Positions 14,776 through 28,339 are shown, counted from the stretch's first letter. The stretch: 64,000 bases of DNA from the human T2T-CHM13v2.0 reference genome, Homo sapiens (GCF_009914755.1 NC_060925.1); one strand, 5' to 3'. The notes: generated from the letters alone by a model not told the origin. Numbers and translations: made by a program.

Positions 14776-15791
14776 CCAAACTGGTGAGTTTTATAATTAA
14801 AAAAAAAAAAAAGACAATAATTCTATAGCACATTTAAGGATTAAAAGATATAATGTTTCTAAAGTGCTTATCATAGGGCCTTGTACAAACTAATAATTGG
14901 AAGCCAAAAATTAATCAGGTGATAATATAGCTTGTTAAATGTACACAGGATTTTGCACTTTCACTATCCATGTTCTTTTATTAGATCCCTGAGCAGTAGG
15001 AAGGGCAGCTCTCAGTCCTATTTTACTGGTAAGAAAATAGAGGCATCAGAGGCACGAAATTACCTTCCCAGGCCACTCAGACCTGGGTGGTCAAACGGGA
15101 AGGTCCAGAAAGAGAGGCTGGGTTTCCCATTACCAATAGGTTCCGTTCTTTCTCTATTACACTACTTTAATGTTTAAGTCACCATAACATTTTCCAGTTA
15201 TTTAATTGAGAAACAAAAGAGCTAGATAAGCAAAAAATGAAAAACAAAAACAAACAAAACAACTCCTCCCAAACTCCAAAGACCAAAGACAAAAATAAAA
15301 AACCCAACAACAAAATAAAACAAAAAAACAGAACCAACATGACTGCTATGCCAACATTTCCTATTTTACTCAAAACCTAGACTTTTGGTAGCCATAAGGC
15401 ACCAGGAGCTGAACTCTCCTAAAAAGAAAGAATTCATTGATTCCTCTTATAGCTTGAAGAACAGTTGAACTATCAATTCGTATCTGATATATAAGGTTGA
15501 TGTGTCTGAATAGATTAATAAAATAAATATTGTGGAAAAGTAAAATTCAGATTTACTCTCCAGTCAGTTTTTCATGAAAAAGATTAAACAGAAATCAGTA
15601 ACTACTTTTTTTGAGCAACTAAACAAATGAAAATCTTGGGATCTGACAAAAAGATTTGATAAGAATTCTGGTACTATGGATATTTCTATAGAGATCAATT
15701 TTTTCATAAATTTTTTTTGCTTATGTCATATGCGGTTATACAGAAAATAGGCAGAAATAAGCCAAAAAAGAAAAGAAATTGATATAAATCT
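14483..15791 (+). repeat. Dispersed direct duplication of ~109 bp (14483-14591 and 15684-15791)
   Basis: TTCTATAGAGATCAATTTTTTC...CAGAAAATAGGCAGAAATAAGCCAAAAAAGAAAAGAAATTGATATAAATCT occurs twice, with 4 substitutions and 1 indel. Confidence 0.97.
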
Positions 15792-17935
15792 CAATAGCTA
15801 GAATTAAACACCTCTAAATCAATTTTGTCTCCTCCCCACCTTCCTTCTTTTCTCTTTGTTCTCTTCCCCCTTCCTCCCCTTCATTCCGCCCTCTAGCTCT
15901 TCCTCTTTCCCCCTTTTCTCTTCCCCAAATGAAAATCTGTTTTTAACTGGCTTTTTATACTCAACATTATAGATAAGATAATATTTTGAATTTAGGCAAA
16001 AATTGCATTTTTATAAATTTCTACTGCTTTCGGAATTTTGGCTAGTAATTCTCAGAACATTTCTAAATAGAAGATTACGACTTACCAGTTGTACAACCTA
16101 CATTTAGGGCTTGTTTTGCCCAAGGTCACATAATCTGATATCCTAAGAACATGGTTGAGTTGGCTCATACAGTGGGAATCATCAGCTCAGATGACAGCAC
16201 CTCATCTGCACTGCTCAGGGAGTGACACAGAAGTACTGGCTGGCTGTAGTCTCATACCATTAGGAATTACCCCAGGGATTTGTATTCTTTGAAGATTAAA
16301 TGTTCATTTGTCCAATCACAGTATTGTAAAGTTGCAGGTATGTTGTCTTCCAAATTTCAGAGGTATTGAGACTACTCCTAAAATCTATTGAACATGCTCA
16401 TAAAAAAAAATCACAACCTCAGAAGATTTTGTCAGCAGAAACCATCAACCCTGAAGAAAAGAAATGATTTAAGAAAAATCCCCTGATTTAAAAAGTGACC
16501 CCTAGAATAAGTTTGGAGTAATACATTATCTACTTTGTTTTTATAACTGTGCCATTCTGTCCACGATCTGTGTGGACAAGCAGCATCAAGAGAGCAGCTC
16601 TTTCATTGCAAAGGTGCAGAGGTGTAATTTATGACTCCTTTGCAGACACACTGCGGACCTGGACATCATTTCACTTTCAGCTACTAGCATGCAGGAAAAG
16701 CAAATGAAAAGTATTAATGTGATACATCATGCCTTTGGAAATTGGGAAAATAATTAAATTCCTTGCTGATTCCCATTAACACAGTTTGCCATTTGCTATA
16801 ACAATCCAGCCCCGACACACACCTTGGAGTGATTACAAAAGACACAGTGAAGAACCCCAAAACTTGAGGCAAAAATTTCCTAAGGTGTGACCTGGGTGTG
16901 CTATGAGTAGCCCAGCAATATTTTTGATGGCTCGCACCAAAGACCACTTAATGGTTGCAAACTGCAAATATGAATTGCATTTGAATTTTGTCTAATCAAT
17001 TCAATATATCAATCAGCCATATTGTTAAAAAAAGAAATTTGGTTGAACAATTTTGTCAATTCCGTCAAAATGATCAAACCAGTTATAAATATAACCATGA
17101 TCAGGGGCTTGTTTCTTCAGGCTCTTGTGCAGTTTCTGTTGGGGAAAGCCAATTCAAGAAGCATTTATCAAGTGCCTACTATGTGTCAAGGCACACAGTA
17201 GCACTACTTGTAGTAGAAGTGTGTATATAACACATTATCTTTCCTCAAGGAACTTTCAATTAATATTTAACAGAGTTATTACAAAATAGTTGTGAAGAAT
17301 ACATTTCAAGATAAGTCCCAGACAAGTAGGAATGTTGGAGGAATTTGGAAGCAGGTGAGAACAGGTTTTGTGAAGTGGTCAGAAACACCTTATCAAAAGA
17401 GCAAACGCTGGGTAGTAATTGGGTTGGTCCTTAAATTACAACTACAATTCAGAGGGAAAAAGAAATGGCAATGGAGAATGGAGGCAGAGCAAATGGTCCA
17501 GTGAAAAAACAAGAGAGAGCAAGGCATTTATTAGTTGCCTCAATTAACTTATCAAATATTTATCGAGTGATCTATATGTGCCTTCCATTCTGCCAGGTGC
17601 TGGAGTGATGAGGTCAACAGGACAGACATCATTTCTTGTGGAGATGTTAGGTAACCATGAGGAAGTCATGCTGGCTGCCAAGGAGAATGAGATGAAGTTG
17701 GACAAATAAAAGGAAAGTCAAGAGAACTCATATAATATATCTCATGTTATATTTCATCTTTTCACCCACAGCCAGGTAATGAACACCTGTGTGGTTTATA
17801 AAAGCAAGTCAATGTTAACACTGGGAGCAGACCTACCTCACCAGGATACGGCAATGAGCTTACGTGGAACATATGACTTAGGGTGGGACATATGGCACTG
17901 TGATCTTGTGTGAATTGGTTCTCTGAAGAGCAGGC

Positions 17936-18252
17936 AAGCCTGGTGCAGTGGCTTACGCCTGTAATCCCAACACTTTGGGAGGCCGAGGCGGGCAGATCAC
18001 TTGAGGTCAGGAGTTTGAGACTAGCCTGGCCAACATGGTGAGACCCCGCCTTTACTAAAAATACAAAAAATTAGCCTGGCATGGTGGTGCACACCTGTAA
18101 TCCCAGCTACTTAGGAAGTTGAGGCAGGAGAATTGCTTGAACCAGGGAGGCAGAGGTTTCAGTGAGCCAAGATCGCACCACTGCATTCCAGCCTGGACAA
18201 CAAAGCAAGACTCTGTCTCAAAAACAAACAAACAAACAAAAAAAAAACAAAA
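17936..18252 (+). mobile_element. Alu (AluS-like), (CAAA)n tail
   Basis: GTGCAGTGGCTTACGCCTGTAATCCC...GATCACTTGAGGTCAGGAGTTTGAGAC. Confidence 0.95.
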
Positions 18253-18518
18253 CCAGATAGGTCCCACTCAAGGGCTGTAATGGTGGTGAAACTGAAGGGA
18301 AAGGGATTATTTGAACTACTATGCACAAAGCACTGTGATAAATGTTTCACTCTCACAGCAATCTAATTATTAATATTATTGCAACAATATTGTTATTTCC
18401 ATTAGATGGACAAAGAGACCAAATCTTAGATTCAGTTGCTTCTCCAAGAGCATACAACTAGTTAAATGGAGAAGCCAAACTTGTAACTCAAATACAATTT
18501 CTCTGCTCTTTTAACTAC

Positions 18519-19255
18519 TGATATGGTTTGGCTCTGTCCCCATCCAAATCTCATCTCAAATTATAATCTGAATTGTAATCCCCATGTGTCGAGGGAGGGA
18601 CCAGGTGGGAGATGATTGATTCATGGGGGTGGTTCTCCCATGCTGTTCTTGTGATAGTGAGTGAGTTCTCACAAGATTTGGTTGTTTAATAAGTGTCTGG
18701 CACTTCCTTCTTCACTTTCCTTCTTGCCTGCTGCCATGTAAGATGTGCCTTGCTTCCCCTTTGCCTCCTCTCATGATTCCAAGTTTCCTGAGGCTTCCCC
18801 AGCCATGTAGAACTGTGAGTCAGTTAAACCTCCCTTCTTTAAAAATTACCCAGTCTGGGGGTCAGGCGCTGGGGCTCACACCTGTAATCTTAGGACTTTG
18901 GGAGGCTGAGGCAGGCAGACCACCTGAGGTCAGGAGTTCAAGACCAGCCTGGCCATCATGGTGAAACCCTGTCTCTACTAAAAATACAAAAATTTAGCCT
19001 GGTGTTGGTGATGCCTGCCTGTAATCCTAGCTACTCGGGAGGCTGAGGCAGGAGAATAGCTTGAACCTGGAGGCGGAGGGGTTGCAGTAAGCCGAGACTG
19101 GACCACTGCATTCCAGCCTGGGCAATGGAACAAGACTCTGTCTCAAAAATAAATAAGTAAATAGATAAATAAATAAATAGGATAAATAATAAAAAATAAA
19201 AAATTACCCAACCTCAGGTAGTATATTTATAACAGTGTGAAAATGGACTAATACA
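18519..19255 (+). mobile_element. THE1 (THE1D-like) MaLR solo LTR with an Alu inserted near its 3' end
   Basis: TGATATGGTTTGGCTCTGTCCCCATCCAAATCTCATC ... AAATGGACTAATACA; 5-bp TSD ACTAC/CCTAC. Confidence 0.9.
18860..19198 (+). mobile_element. Alu (AluS-like) inside THE1
   Basis: Alu body with (TAAA)n tail; TSD AAAAATTACCCAGTCT (18841-18856) / AAAAATTACCCAACCT (19199-19214). Confidence 0.95.
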
Positions 19256-19647
19256 CCTACCCATGATTGCTATACTTCTACATTGCTATTGAGAAAAATA
19301 AGGGTGTTAGGATCAGAAGCCATTTTAAGAAGAAATATAATGAATTTAGCAATGAAATTTAGAATTCTATTCTCCATTCTCAGATATAAACTTGCAGTGT
19401 AAGAGATCTGGGTTAATAATAATAGGGATGTAAGAAGAAATAAAAAGAAAAATTAAAGAAAGACAACCCTAAGGGTAGTAATAATTAAATTTTAACAAGA
19501 AAGGCCTATGTAGACAGAAACCAATTACATTAAACAAAATATACTTGTATCTTTTGAAAGGATTTCAGAAGTATGAATTTGGCTTTGAACAAAACCGTAG
19601 TGGGTGGCTACTGTTTTTTGAGTCTTCTTCCATTGGTAGAAGCCATA

Positions 19648-20101
19648 TGTAGTGGGCATAGTAGTGGTCCCCCAAAGATGTCCATGTCCTAATCCCCCGA
19701 ATCTGTGTCTATGTTAATTTACACAACAAAGGAGACTTTGCAGATGGGGCTAAGGTAGAGATCTTGAGATGGGGAGCTTATCCTGGATTATTTGGGTAGA
19801 CCCAATGCAATCACAAGGATCCTTATAAAAAGGCAGCAGAAGGGTCAAAGTCAGAGGTGGCAATGTGTCAATAGGAACAGAGGGAGTGAAGGGGGTAAGA
19901 TGAACTAAGGAATGTGGGTAAACTCTAAAAGCTAAAAAAGACAAGGCACCCTATTCTTCCCTAGAGCCTTCAGAAGAAACACAGCACCTATCAACCCATT
20001 TTAGACCTCTAAGCTCTAAGACCTTAAGATAATATATTTATATTGTTTTTAGCCATTAAGTTTGTGGTGATTTGTGACAGTGGGAATAGGAAACTAATTC
20101 A
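19648..20101 (+). mobile_element. MLT1D-like MaLR solo LTR
   Basis: CCCCAAAGATGTCCATGTCCTAATCCCC...GACTTTGCAGATG...GATCTTGAGATGGGGAG...ATAGGAAACTAAT. Confidence 0.85.
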
Positions 20102-20144
20102 CTGTAAGAAATACTTGGCAATAAGCAGTGAATTTGGGGCTGCA

Positions 20145-20510
20145 ATGACTTCTGACATCAATACCTGGAGCTGGGCTACACTTCACAGATTAAGGGCACA
20201 GTCCTCCATGAGGCTAACCTCACTTCACCCACAAGCTAGGATTCCACAGACCACCCTCACTTCTTTCCAAATGGCTACAAAGTCAGGGGTTCCCACGAAT
20301 CCTCCAGACTCAATAATTCACTAAAGTAATCTACAGAACTCAGGAAAGTGCTATACTTGTGATTCCAGTTTTATTAGGGCAGAGGGATACATACCAGCAC
20401 CAGCCAAAAGGAGAGATGCATGCATCACTGCAGGTGAGGTCTAGGAGAGTCCCAGACTGGAAGCTTCTGTTGTCCTGTCTCTGAGGAGTAAGGATACATT
20501 AACCTCCTAT
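20145..20510. mobile_element. MER21-like ERVL LTR fragment
   Basis: CACAGATTAAGGGCACAGTCC...GGGGTTCCCAC...CAGAACTCAGGAAAGTGCTATACTT...CAGTTTTATTA. Confidence 0.7.
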
Positions 20511-21151
20511 ATAGGCATACTGAAACTCAGTTTATATCAGCAAGATTAATTCTTCAGCTGGGAGCTCACTGATCTGCCAGCCTTAGCTCTGATTGGCTAA
20601 GCGCTCAGAAGGAAATAGATGAAGAATAAAATTGTTGGTAGCCATGGCATGGGCAGATAGGGACTGCCTTTACCAGTTCTCCATCTTACGGATCTGTTCT
20701 CAATCTTGTCCTGAGATATAAAATAAAATGCAGTAAAATCTTGCAGTGGTAAGTTACATAAGTGAAAAGGGTTGAAACTCTCCCTTTTATTTTGCCTGCT
20801 TTAAGTGCATGAAGAAAATCTTAAATTGGAGCAAATATGGTAGGTTTTTTCCCAACGAGGGTTTGTTATTTGAAAAGGTGATACTTAACACATTGTCCCA
20901 GAACGATGGAGGCCTTCTGATTTCTGAAGACCCAGTGTGACACTGGGTCTTCCTCAACAAAACTATAACATATGGAAGTTAAAGGTCACTCTTTCCAGAG
21001 CTTTATCATCCCAGTCACATGGTCACTGTGAATGGGACTTTGAGATGCCACCAATAACTCAGAGTGTTCTAGTCCCCTTCCCCTGCAGTAACAGTACAGA
21101 AGAGCCATTTAATGGTGGGCAGTATGTGAAGAGAAAGCTTCAGAAAGTGAC

Positions 21152-21606
21152 TTTAACAGATTGAATGATGCCCTACCCCAAAAAGATATGTCTGTGTTCT
21201 AATCCCAGGAGCCTGTGAATGTGACCTTATTTGGGAAAAGGATCTTTGCAGATGTTATTAAGATAAGGATCTTGAGATGAGATCATCCTGGATTATCCCA
21301 GTGGGCTCTAAATCCAATGACAAGTGTCGTTATAAGAGACACAGGAGAGATGCACAGAGAAGAGCAGGCCACATGAAGACGGAGGCCGAGACTGGAGTGA
21401 TGCAGCCACAGACCAAGGAATGCTTCCAGCCATCAGAAGCTGGAAGGGGCAAGGAAGGATATCCCCTTAGAGCCTTCGAGGTGAGCATGACCTTGCTAAC
21501 ATCCTGATTTCAGACTTCTGTCCTCCAGAAATGCGACAGAATGACTTTCTATTCTTTTAAGCCACTGTTTGTACTAACTTGTTATGGCCGCCCTACAAAC
21601 TAATAT
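21152..21606 (+). mobile_element. MLT1B/C-like MaLR solo LTR
   Basis: GAATGTGACCTTATTTGGGAAAAGGATCTTTGCAGATG...GGAGTGATGCAGCCACAGACCAAGGAATGC...AAACTAATA. Confidence 0.85.
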
Positions 21607-22563
21607 GGTGACCATGTAAATACATAAAAGTGGTTTTGAAATTTTTCCCCTTCGTTATAAAACATGTTAATTAATTCACTTTCATGGATTTCTGCTGGCA
21701 GTTACTCTTTCAGTTCTAACAACTAACTATTCAGATTACAGTCATTACCACAAAGAGCAAAATGTGCTATCAAAAATGAAAAGTTACAATAATAAGACAA
21801 GAAGAATAAATCTATTGTTTAGTTAGTACTCCACAGATGTTATCTTTATAATATATTTAAAGAGCCACACGAAAATCTTGAGCTGATTTGAATTTACTTT
21901 GTAAATACACATATCTTTTAAATGCAAAACGAAGGAACAGAATTATTGGTATACCAGTCAATAATCAACCTTGAAACTAAAAGTAATATTTAAAGTTTGT
22001 TAAAAATAAAGCTTTAAAATTCACAATTAATATCAACCATAAATATGTGAACCAAAATAAGTACAAATTTCACAATTATCCAATAAGCTCAAAGTAAAAC
22101 ATTAACCTGAATAATTAATGCTGCCAGGAATATGTGGGTTATTTTGGTAGCCCAAATTACTCAAATTTATTATCTACTTGAGCTATGCTTCTTTTCTGAC
22201 TTCCTCTAATTTTCTGTTGATTACTTATTTTTTCCATTTTAACATAAGCAGTAATTTCCTTCCATCTTCCAAATCTTTGTTAAATATCATGGATAAGAGT
22301 TTACCAGCTACTCTCTAGGGCAGCGTGAGAACAGTGCCATGCTCTGAGTTATCTTGTCAATTTCAGGTCCTTCCATGCTATGCAGCTGGCATGAAACTAC
22401 TAAGTCTATATGTACAAGAGAGGTAGATCAAGTCAGTGAATAATCTTTATTTTCACATAGTGTACTTTTTTTTAGGAAACAACAATTTATATCATATTTT
22501 AAAATTTGCATTAAAACCTAGGTTTCATTTTTTTGATAATGTGTGTACCTCGGTGTAGAGGTT

Positions 22564-23393
22564 TATGATGGTTAATTTTAGGTGTCAACTTGACTGGATT
22601 AAAGGATACCTAGAGAGCTGCTAAAACATCATTTCTGGGTGTATCTGTGTATTGGTTCATTTTCACACTGCTATGAAGAAATACCAGAGATGAGGTAATT
22701 TATAAAAGGAAAGAGGTTTAATTAACTCACAGTTTCGCATGGCTTGGGAGGCCTCAGGAAACTTACAATCATAGAGGAAGGTACCTCTTCACAGGGCAGC
22801 AGGAGAGAGAAGAGCAAGCAAAAGCAGGGAAAACTGCCTTATAATACCACCATATCATGAGAACTCACTCACTATCACAAGAACAGCATGGGGGAACCGC
22901 CCCCATGGTTTAATCACCTTCCTCCAGGTCTCTCTGTAGACATGTGAGTTGGTGCACTGAGTGGGCAAGATCTGCCCTCAATGGGGGCGAGCACCATCAA
23001 ACTGGCTGGGGGCCCAGGTAGAACAAAAAGGCAGAAGAAAAGTGAATTTGCTTTCTCTCTGTCTCCTGGAACTGGGACATTCTTCTTCTTCTGCCCTTGG
23101 ACATCGTAACTCCAGGACTTTGGCCTTCAGACTCTAAGACTTATACCAGCATTCACCCTGATTCTCAGGCCTTTGGTCTTGGACTGAGAATCATGTTATT
23201 GGCTTCCCTGGTTCTAAGGCCTTCAGACTTGAACTGAGCCATGCTACTGGCATCCCAGGGTCTCCAGCTTACAGACAGCCTGCTGTTGTGGGACTTCTCA
23301 GCCTCCTTAATCTGTGAGCCGATTCTCCTAATAAATCCCCTCTCATGTCTCTCTCTATCTAAATATCCTATTGGTTCTGTCTCTCTGGACAAC
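22564..23393 (+). mobile_element. MLT2 ERVL LTR interrupted by an antisense THE1
   Basis: TGATGGTTAATTTTAGGTGTCAACTTGACTGG ... CCTATTGGTTCTGTCTCTCTGGA. Confidence 0.85.
22648..22948 (-). mobile_element. THE1 MaLR LTR lacking its 5' end
   Basis: TGTATTGGTTCATTTTCACACTGCTATGAAGAAATACC...GGGAGGCCTCAGGAAACTTACAATCAT...GAGAACTCACTCACTATCAC. Confidence 0.88.
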
Positions 23394-26300
23394 TGTTAGT
23401 TGTCCAATGGCTCAAATGGTGGATTTAGGAACAGGGACACTTCGGCGGTTTTGCCATTGATAATCCATGGTGCTTTGGGTAAAACCTTTCTGTATGGTGA
23501 AATGACAGTAGTAGTAACTGACTTCTGGTGCCCAGGATTTTGTTTTAAGGCTCTAAGAATAGAAAAAATGTGATAGCACTGTTAAATAATAGAGATTATT
23601 GTCATTTGACAGCTAATCTTTGAAACCAAAATGCAACGTACTTACCTTCAGAACACTCTCCATCCAGTGTATTTATTTCATCCTCAAGTGTGATGTCTTT
23701 CATATTTAATAAGTCAATTGTGATTCTTTTAAAAACTCATCATAAGAACCTGGTTGAACTTTCATTTAAGCTATTTTTGACAGCAGTGAGTGACCAAAAC
23801 TCCAATAGGGAAAATGAGGCCTTTGATTACAAGTTTTTCATGCAAAATCTATGCTATTCCTGATTCTCGGGTCCCTTTAATATTCACTCTCAAGTTAGAC
23901 TCAGTTGATTTTTTCAGAGAGAATTTTGGCTTCCAGGCAAGAGAGTCTGGGTCTCCTCATTGTCCTAGCCACCCTCTGATACATGAGCCAGATACAACCC
24001 AACTGTTCCTGCAGATACCTTTTATAATCACAATTTTAGGAAGGGAGATGAAACCCTGGTGGATTTACAACGTGATTTTTATATCTTCTCCATGGGGTAT
24101 CATCTTCCTATTCTTCTGCCTCTGAACAGTGGTCAGTTCACCAAGGCTCAACTCCATTCTTTTGTAGCTTTTGCTTGTAGAATTAGGCACTAATACTTCC
24201 AGATGTTCCAGATGTTCTAATGCTTCCTTGGTAAATCACTTATCAGCCTGGATTTGATTATTCATTCTTATTCCTGCCTCTCTCTTTACTCTTTGAGGAC
24301 AGGGCTTGAGTCCTTTGTGTATGTTTCCCTGACAATGACTCCAGGGAAAGATAGGCCCAGAAATGAAGTCTGAATGAATGAATGAATGAATGGATTACTT
24401 TTGTTTTTATAGAAGCAATGTATTAGGATACATTTTTGACTTAGATCTTGTTCCAATTCATTTAATGATTGGTTAAATGAAAACAGATTTCTGATATTTT
24501 TAAATTAAAGTATAACTATGAAGGTAATTTTTATTTAAAAAAAATCAATGAAGTACAATGCCCCAAAGTAACGATTTTGATTTTCTGATATTTTAGATTA
24601 TAGCTTCAAAAATAGCTAATGCAACGTCTTATTTTCTTCAGCCAGGCAGGAAAGTAATTTTGGTTCCTGATGAGTTTAAAAACAACACAAACTATAATAC
24701 CTTAGGCTCCCAATCAAACAAGATAAGCTTTCATTCCCAAAGTGAACAATTCTTTAGAGGCTAAAAGTTTCAGGAGTCCTCAGGGTGGGTACAGAGAGTG
24801 ATAACCCTTTTAAATATGTCAGCCCCTTTCTAACTAACATGAAAACTGGTCAGGTCTCCTCTCTGCCCCAGTACCTCTGCCATTCCTCATGTTGGCCACC
24901 ACTGTTCTGGGACCTGGAAGATCTCCTTCCTCCCCTTCTCCATCTGTCAGATACGGGGCCCCCATTGTCATCTATATATCTTCTCCCATTATTCACTCTA
25001 CTATGCCCTTTCTGGCCCCTGCATCCTGGTGCTGGTGCAGTGGAGCAAAGCTTTCAGCCCTTAGGAATGCACCTTCCTACATCACCTCTCCTGGACCTAA
25101 GGTGGTATCTGCAGATGGCTCAGGATGAATCCATGAGTTGAGCCAAATGGGGGTCAGGGTTGTAAAGGAGCAGCCAGTTTTCTCTCTGAAATACAAAGCT
25201 CCAAGCCACGGAAGGCAGGAGTGTCCAAAGAACTATTGAAATTTCTCAACCAGTGAGCATAATTTCCTAAAATTCTGCTGAGCTTATTGGAAAAGTGTAT
25301 AAACCTGCCTTAAACCATTTGGAACATGCCATTCCCATCTCCTAATAGGTTTTTAACTCAATTTTCACATTAGAATGTATAATATTCTATAGGAAAAAGG
25401 TAGCCTTGCCAATATAATTTCAAGGTGACTGCATCTTTTATGTAACATATGTCTAATGCCCTGGGTATAATAACTACCACTGTGTAACATCCCCTAAATT
25501 TCCATGGGTAATTAATTGATAACTGCTCTGTGGGTGTTATATAAACCCTTTATTAAAACACATAATTCAATAAAGAGGATCTAAATCCGAATCACAGTGA
25601 AGGACAGCATTTGCACTGCTCTCATTCTGTGTGCAGCTAAATTGAGGCTGCCAGGTTGAGACCATTGCCCTCTTCAAGGATGGGGTGGTCAGTCTCAGGG
25701 AAAAGAAGGAAACTGAACATCAGTTAATTTAGGTAACCATTTCAAATTAAGCTGTAAAAAGCACAGCTATCTGGGAGGGCTGTCCTCTGGCTGGGGTTAG
25801 CCTCTGTGGTTGGCACTTGGAACTTTCTGTAATGAAAGACAAATTAGCACACTGCACATACAAACAAGAGAATCAATGAAACTGAAAAAAAAAAAAAGCT
25901 GTCACACAAACATAAAGATTAAACAGGAGATAAAGAATGATGTCGTCAAATATTGGAAATAGTCCTCACTAGGCAAAGGCTCTATTGTATTGTTTTGCTA
26001 AAGCGGACCATAATTTTGATGTTTCATAAAAATTTAAGTGGAGATTTTCTTTCTGTGGCAGATATAAATCTCCTGGAGGAAAGATTTTATATGTAATTCC
26101 AATTTTGTGGTGCTAAGACAACAAGGAACAGGTGAAGATTTTACTGCAGGTAATTTTGTAAATTACTAAAGACAAAACCTCCCACAGCCATGCCGTAAAC
26201 ATGCTCTCTATCAAAAGCTAAAATAGCAAATCAGCAACGCCTGTTTTAGGTATTGTAAGATACAGTTCTCAAATCCTAAACTGGAAATAAAGCTACCTAT

Positions 26301-28339
26301 AAATATTTACTGGTGAGATGACTCTGTGATAATAAATAGCTATTTCAAACAAATGCAGAACATATCAAAATACTGAAATATACCCGTGACTGAATATGTA
26401 AAATAAGTGGATCTATGCAGCGCATAGCAATGTGCATGCTAAGGCTTTGCTGAAAACTGCATCTTTGGGATTTTAAATTATTTAAGGGGCATAAAATAGT
26501 TCATTACAAATCTGGTTTTAAGAAAGTACAGAATTAGTAGTATAATTGGGTCCATTCATCAAGTTTAGGAGGCAAGTCAAAAAAAATTTTTTTAATGGCA
26601 TGTGTACAACTCAAAGAAGTTCTTTACCATGTGCGGGAAACAATAGCTGCACTTGTCATCTTGCTAAATTTCACCTTTCCAAAGAAAGCAAAAGAAAATT
26701 GGCATGAAGAAATATTGCTTGAAAGAAATGAAAATGCTCTGTAATTGATTGGTTGATCAACATCCTTTATCTTTTGATACAAAAATTCATTGTAGTAGAT
26801 TGTTTATTTCCCTCAATTTATTAGAGAGCAATAAAAGGAAATGATGTTGGAAGCTTATTTTATGGCTGGAAATAGTTTAATTCTTAGAGTGTATGTCCTA
26901 CTTTGGTTAAGAACCTCTTGGCACCTTTCTATCAAATGAACCCATTATGACAAGGATGATTTTTACACATCTTATAGGATTGAGGCAGAATTCTGGAGAA
27001 ATCAGGCATAAACTGAGACAAAGAAAAAGAGAGAAGGGAAAGTAGAGTAACAGAGAAGACAGCCAAAGAGGCAGAGAAGGACAAAGGGAGAGCAGGCTGA
27101 GAGAGGCCACGGAGGAGGCAGAGATGGGGACGGACAGACAGGGAAGGCAAAAATCTTCCTGGTGAGCTATGGAGGGACTATTGTTGCTTTCAAGGTTAAC
27201 TTAACAATCCTTGCCAAGGTAGCATGAATTTAATATGATCGGTGGCCTGCTTCCCGTTTTTGGTTATCATATGATTATAAATACATTTTATGGGCAATTT
27301 GTTATGTCAGTCTTTTACTCACCATTCTTCATCTTTGGCTTCATTCGCACAGCAGAAAATTTAAAAAAATTGAAAAGTGAAAAAGATGCTCATTCTGCAG
27401 CCCCCTGCCACCCAGCCCCAGAATCAAGCATATTGCTCAGTGGTTTCCCTTAAAACCCAGGGGCTGCAGCTCATTAATGTGGAATCTTATCGAATCCCTG
27501 GCTTGCTTGGTCAGGCCCCTGGGAGTCTCATCAGAGGCTGGCAGTCATGGTGCTTGAAGAGAGTGCTGCAGCTGCTTCTGGGAAAGATCCCATGGAGCCT
27601 GGTGCCAGCTTGAGTCAATCTGTTGGTGGTTCCATCCAATCTAGGGTTACATTCAAAGCATGCTAATCAGCATACTTCACCCTCATTCTTTCTTTCCATC
27701 ACCTGCCAACACACAGGTTAAGTCAGAAGACCAGGAGGAAGTCCCACAGGCTGCCTCAGACAATCTGTGTGGAGCTGGATCTAGAGCATGTCACAGAGTA
27801 GCTAATGTTGCACTGAAATGGAATTACTCTTTGCCCCACTTTAGAAGTGGGTTCAAGCCTAGAAATAGAAATGCTACACTATATGCCATCTTTCTGGGTA
27901 TTTCTTGATTCCATTAATGTGTTCATGAATTCCAAGGGGCTCTCCCAAAGCTAACTCAACTCTTGCTAAAATCGCAGGGTACACTGGTGCTAAGACCAGG
28001 GACACAGACTGTGTAAGTAGAATAAGTAGATCTAATTTCACTATGAGGAGGTCAGTCTGCTCCATGCTTCCCATAAAGACAATGCTTTTTAACAGATTTT
28101 ATTGGAGGAGTGATTTTATGTCCTTTTTCTCATACAGATTTTGCTGTTTTGTAAATATTTTACTTTTTCATGTGGGAAAGGCATTTGAGAATTTTCTAAT
28201 GTTTCCATTTGAAAAAAAAAAAATGACTTTTGGCTACAACTTAATGCAACCTGTGACCTATCTCCCAACTCCCTATACCCCTCCTTGAATCTTGTATTCC
28301 TAAATTTAAAATTTCAGGCTAAACTGCCTTTGTTTGTAC

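Noticed and set aside
15235-15335. (CAAAA)n A-rich tract; also CT-rich 15830-15925 and GA-rich 27020-27150
   Set aside because: Ordinary low-complexity sequence with no associated structure.
24785-25141. 118-aa ORF (likewise 23790, 42319, 50293 and 58417)
   Set aside because: No recognisable domain, no convincing exon structure, and most begin at non-ATG codons. Such lengths are expected by chance in 64 kb.
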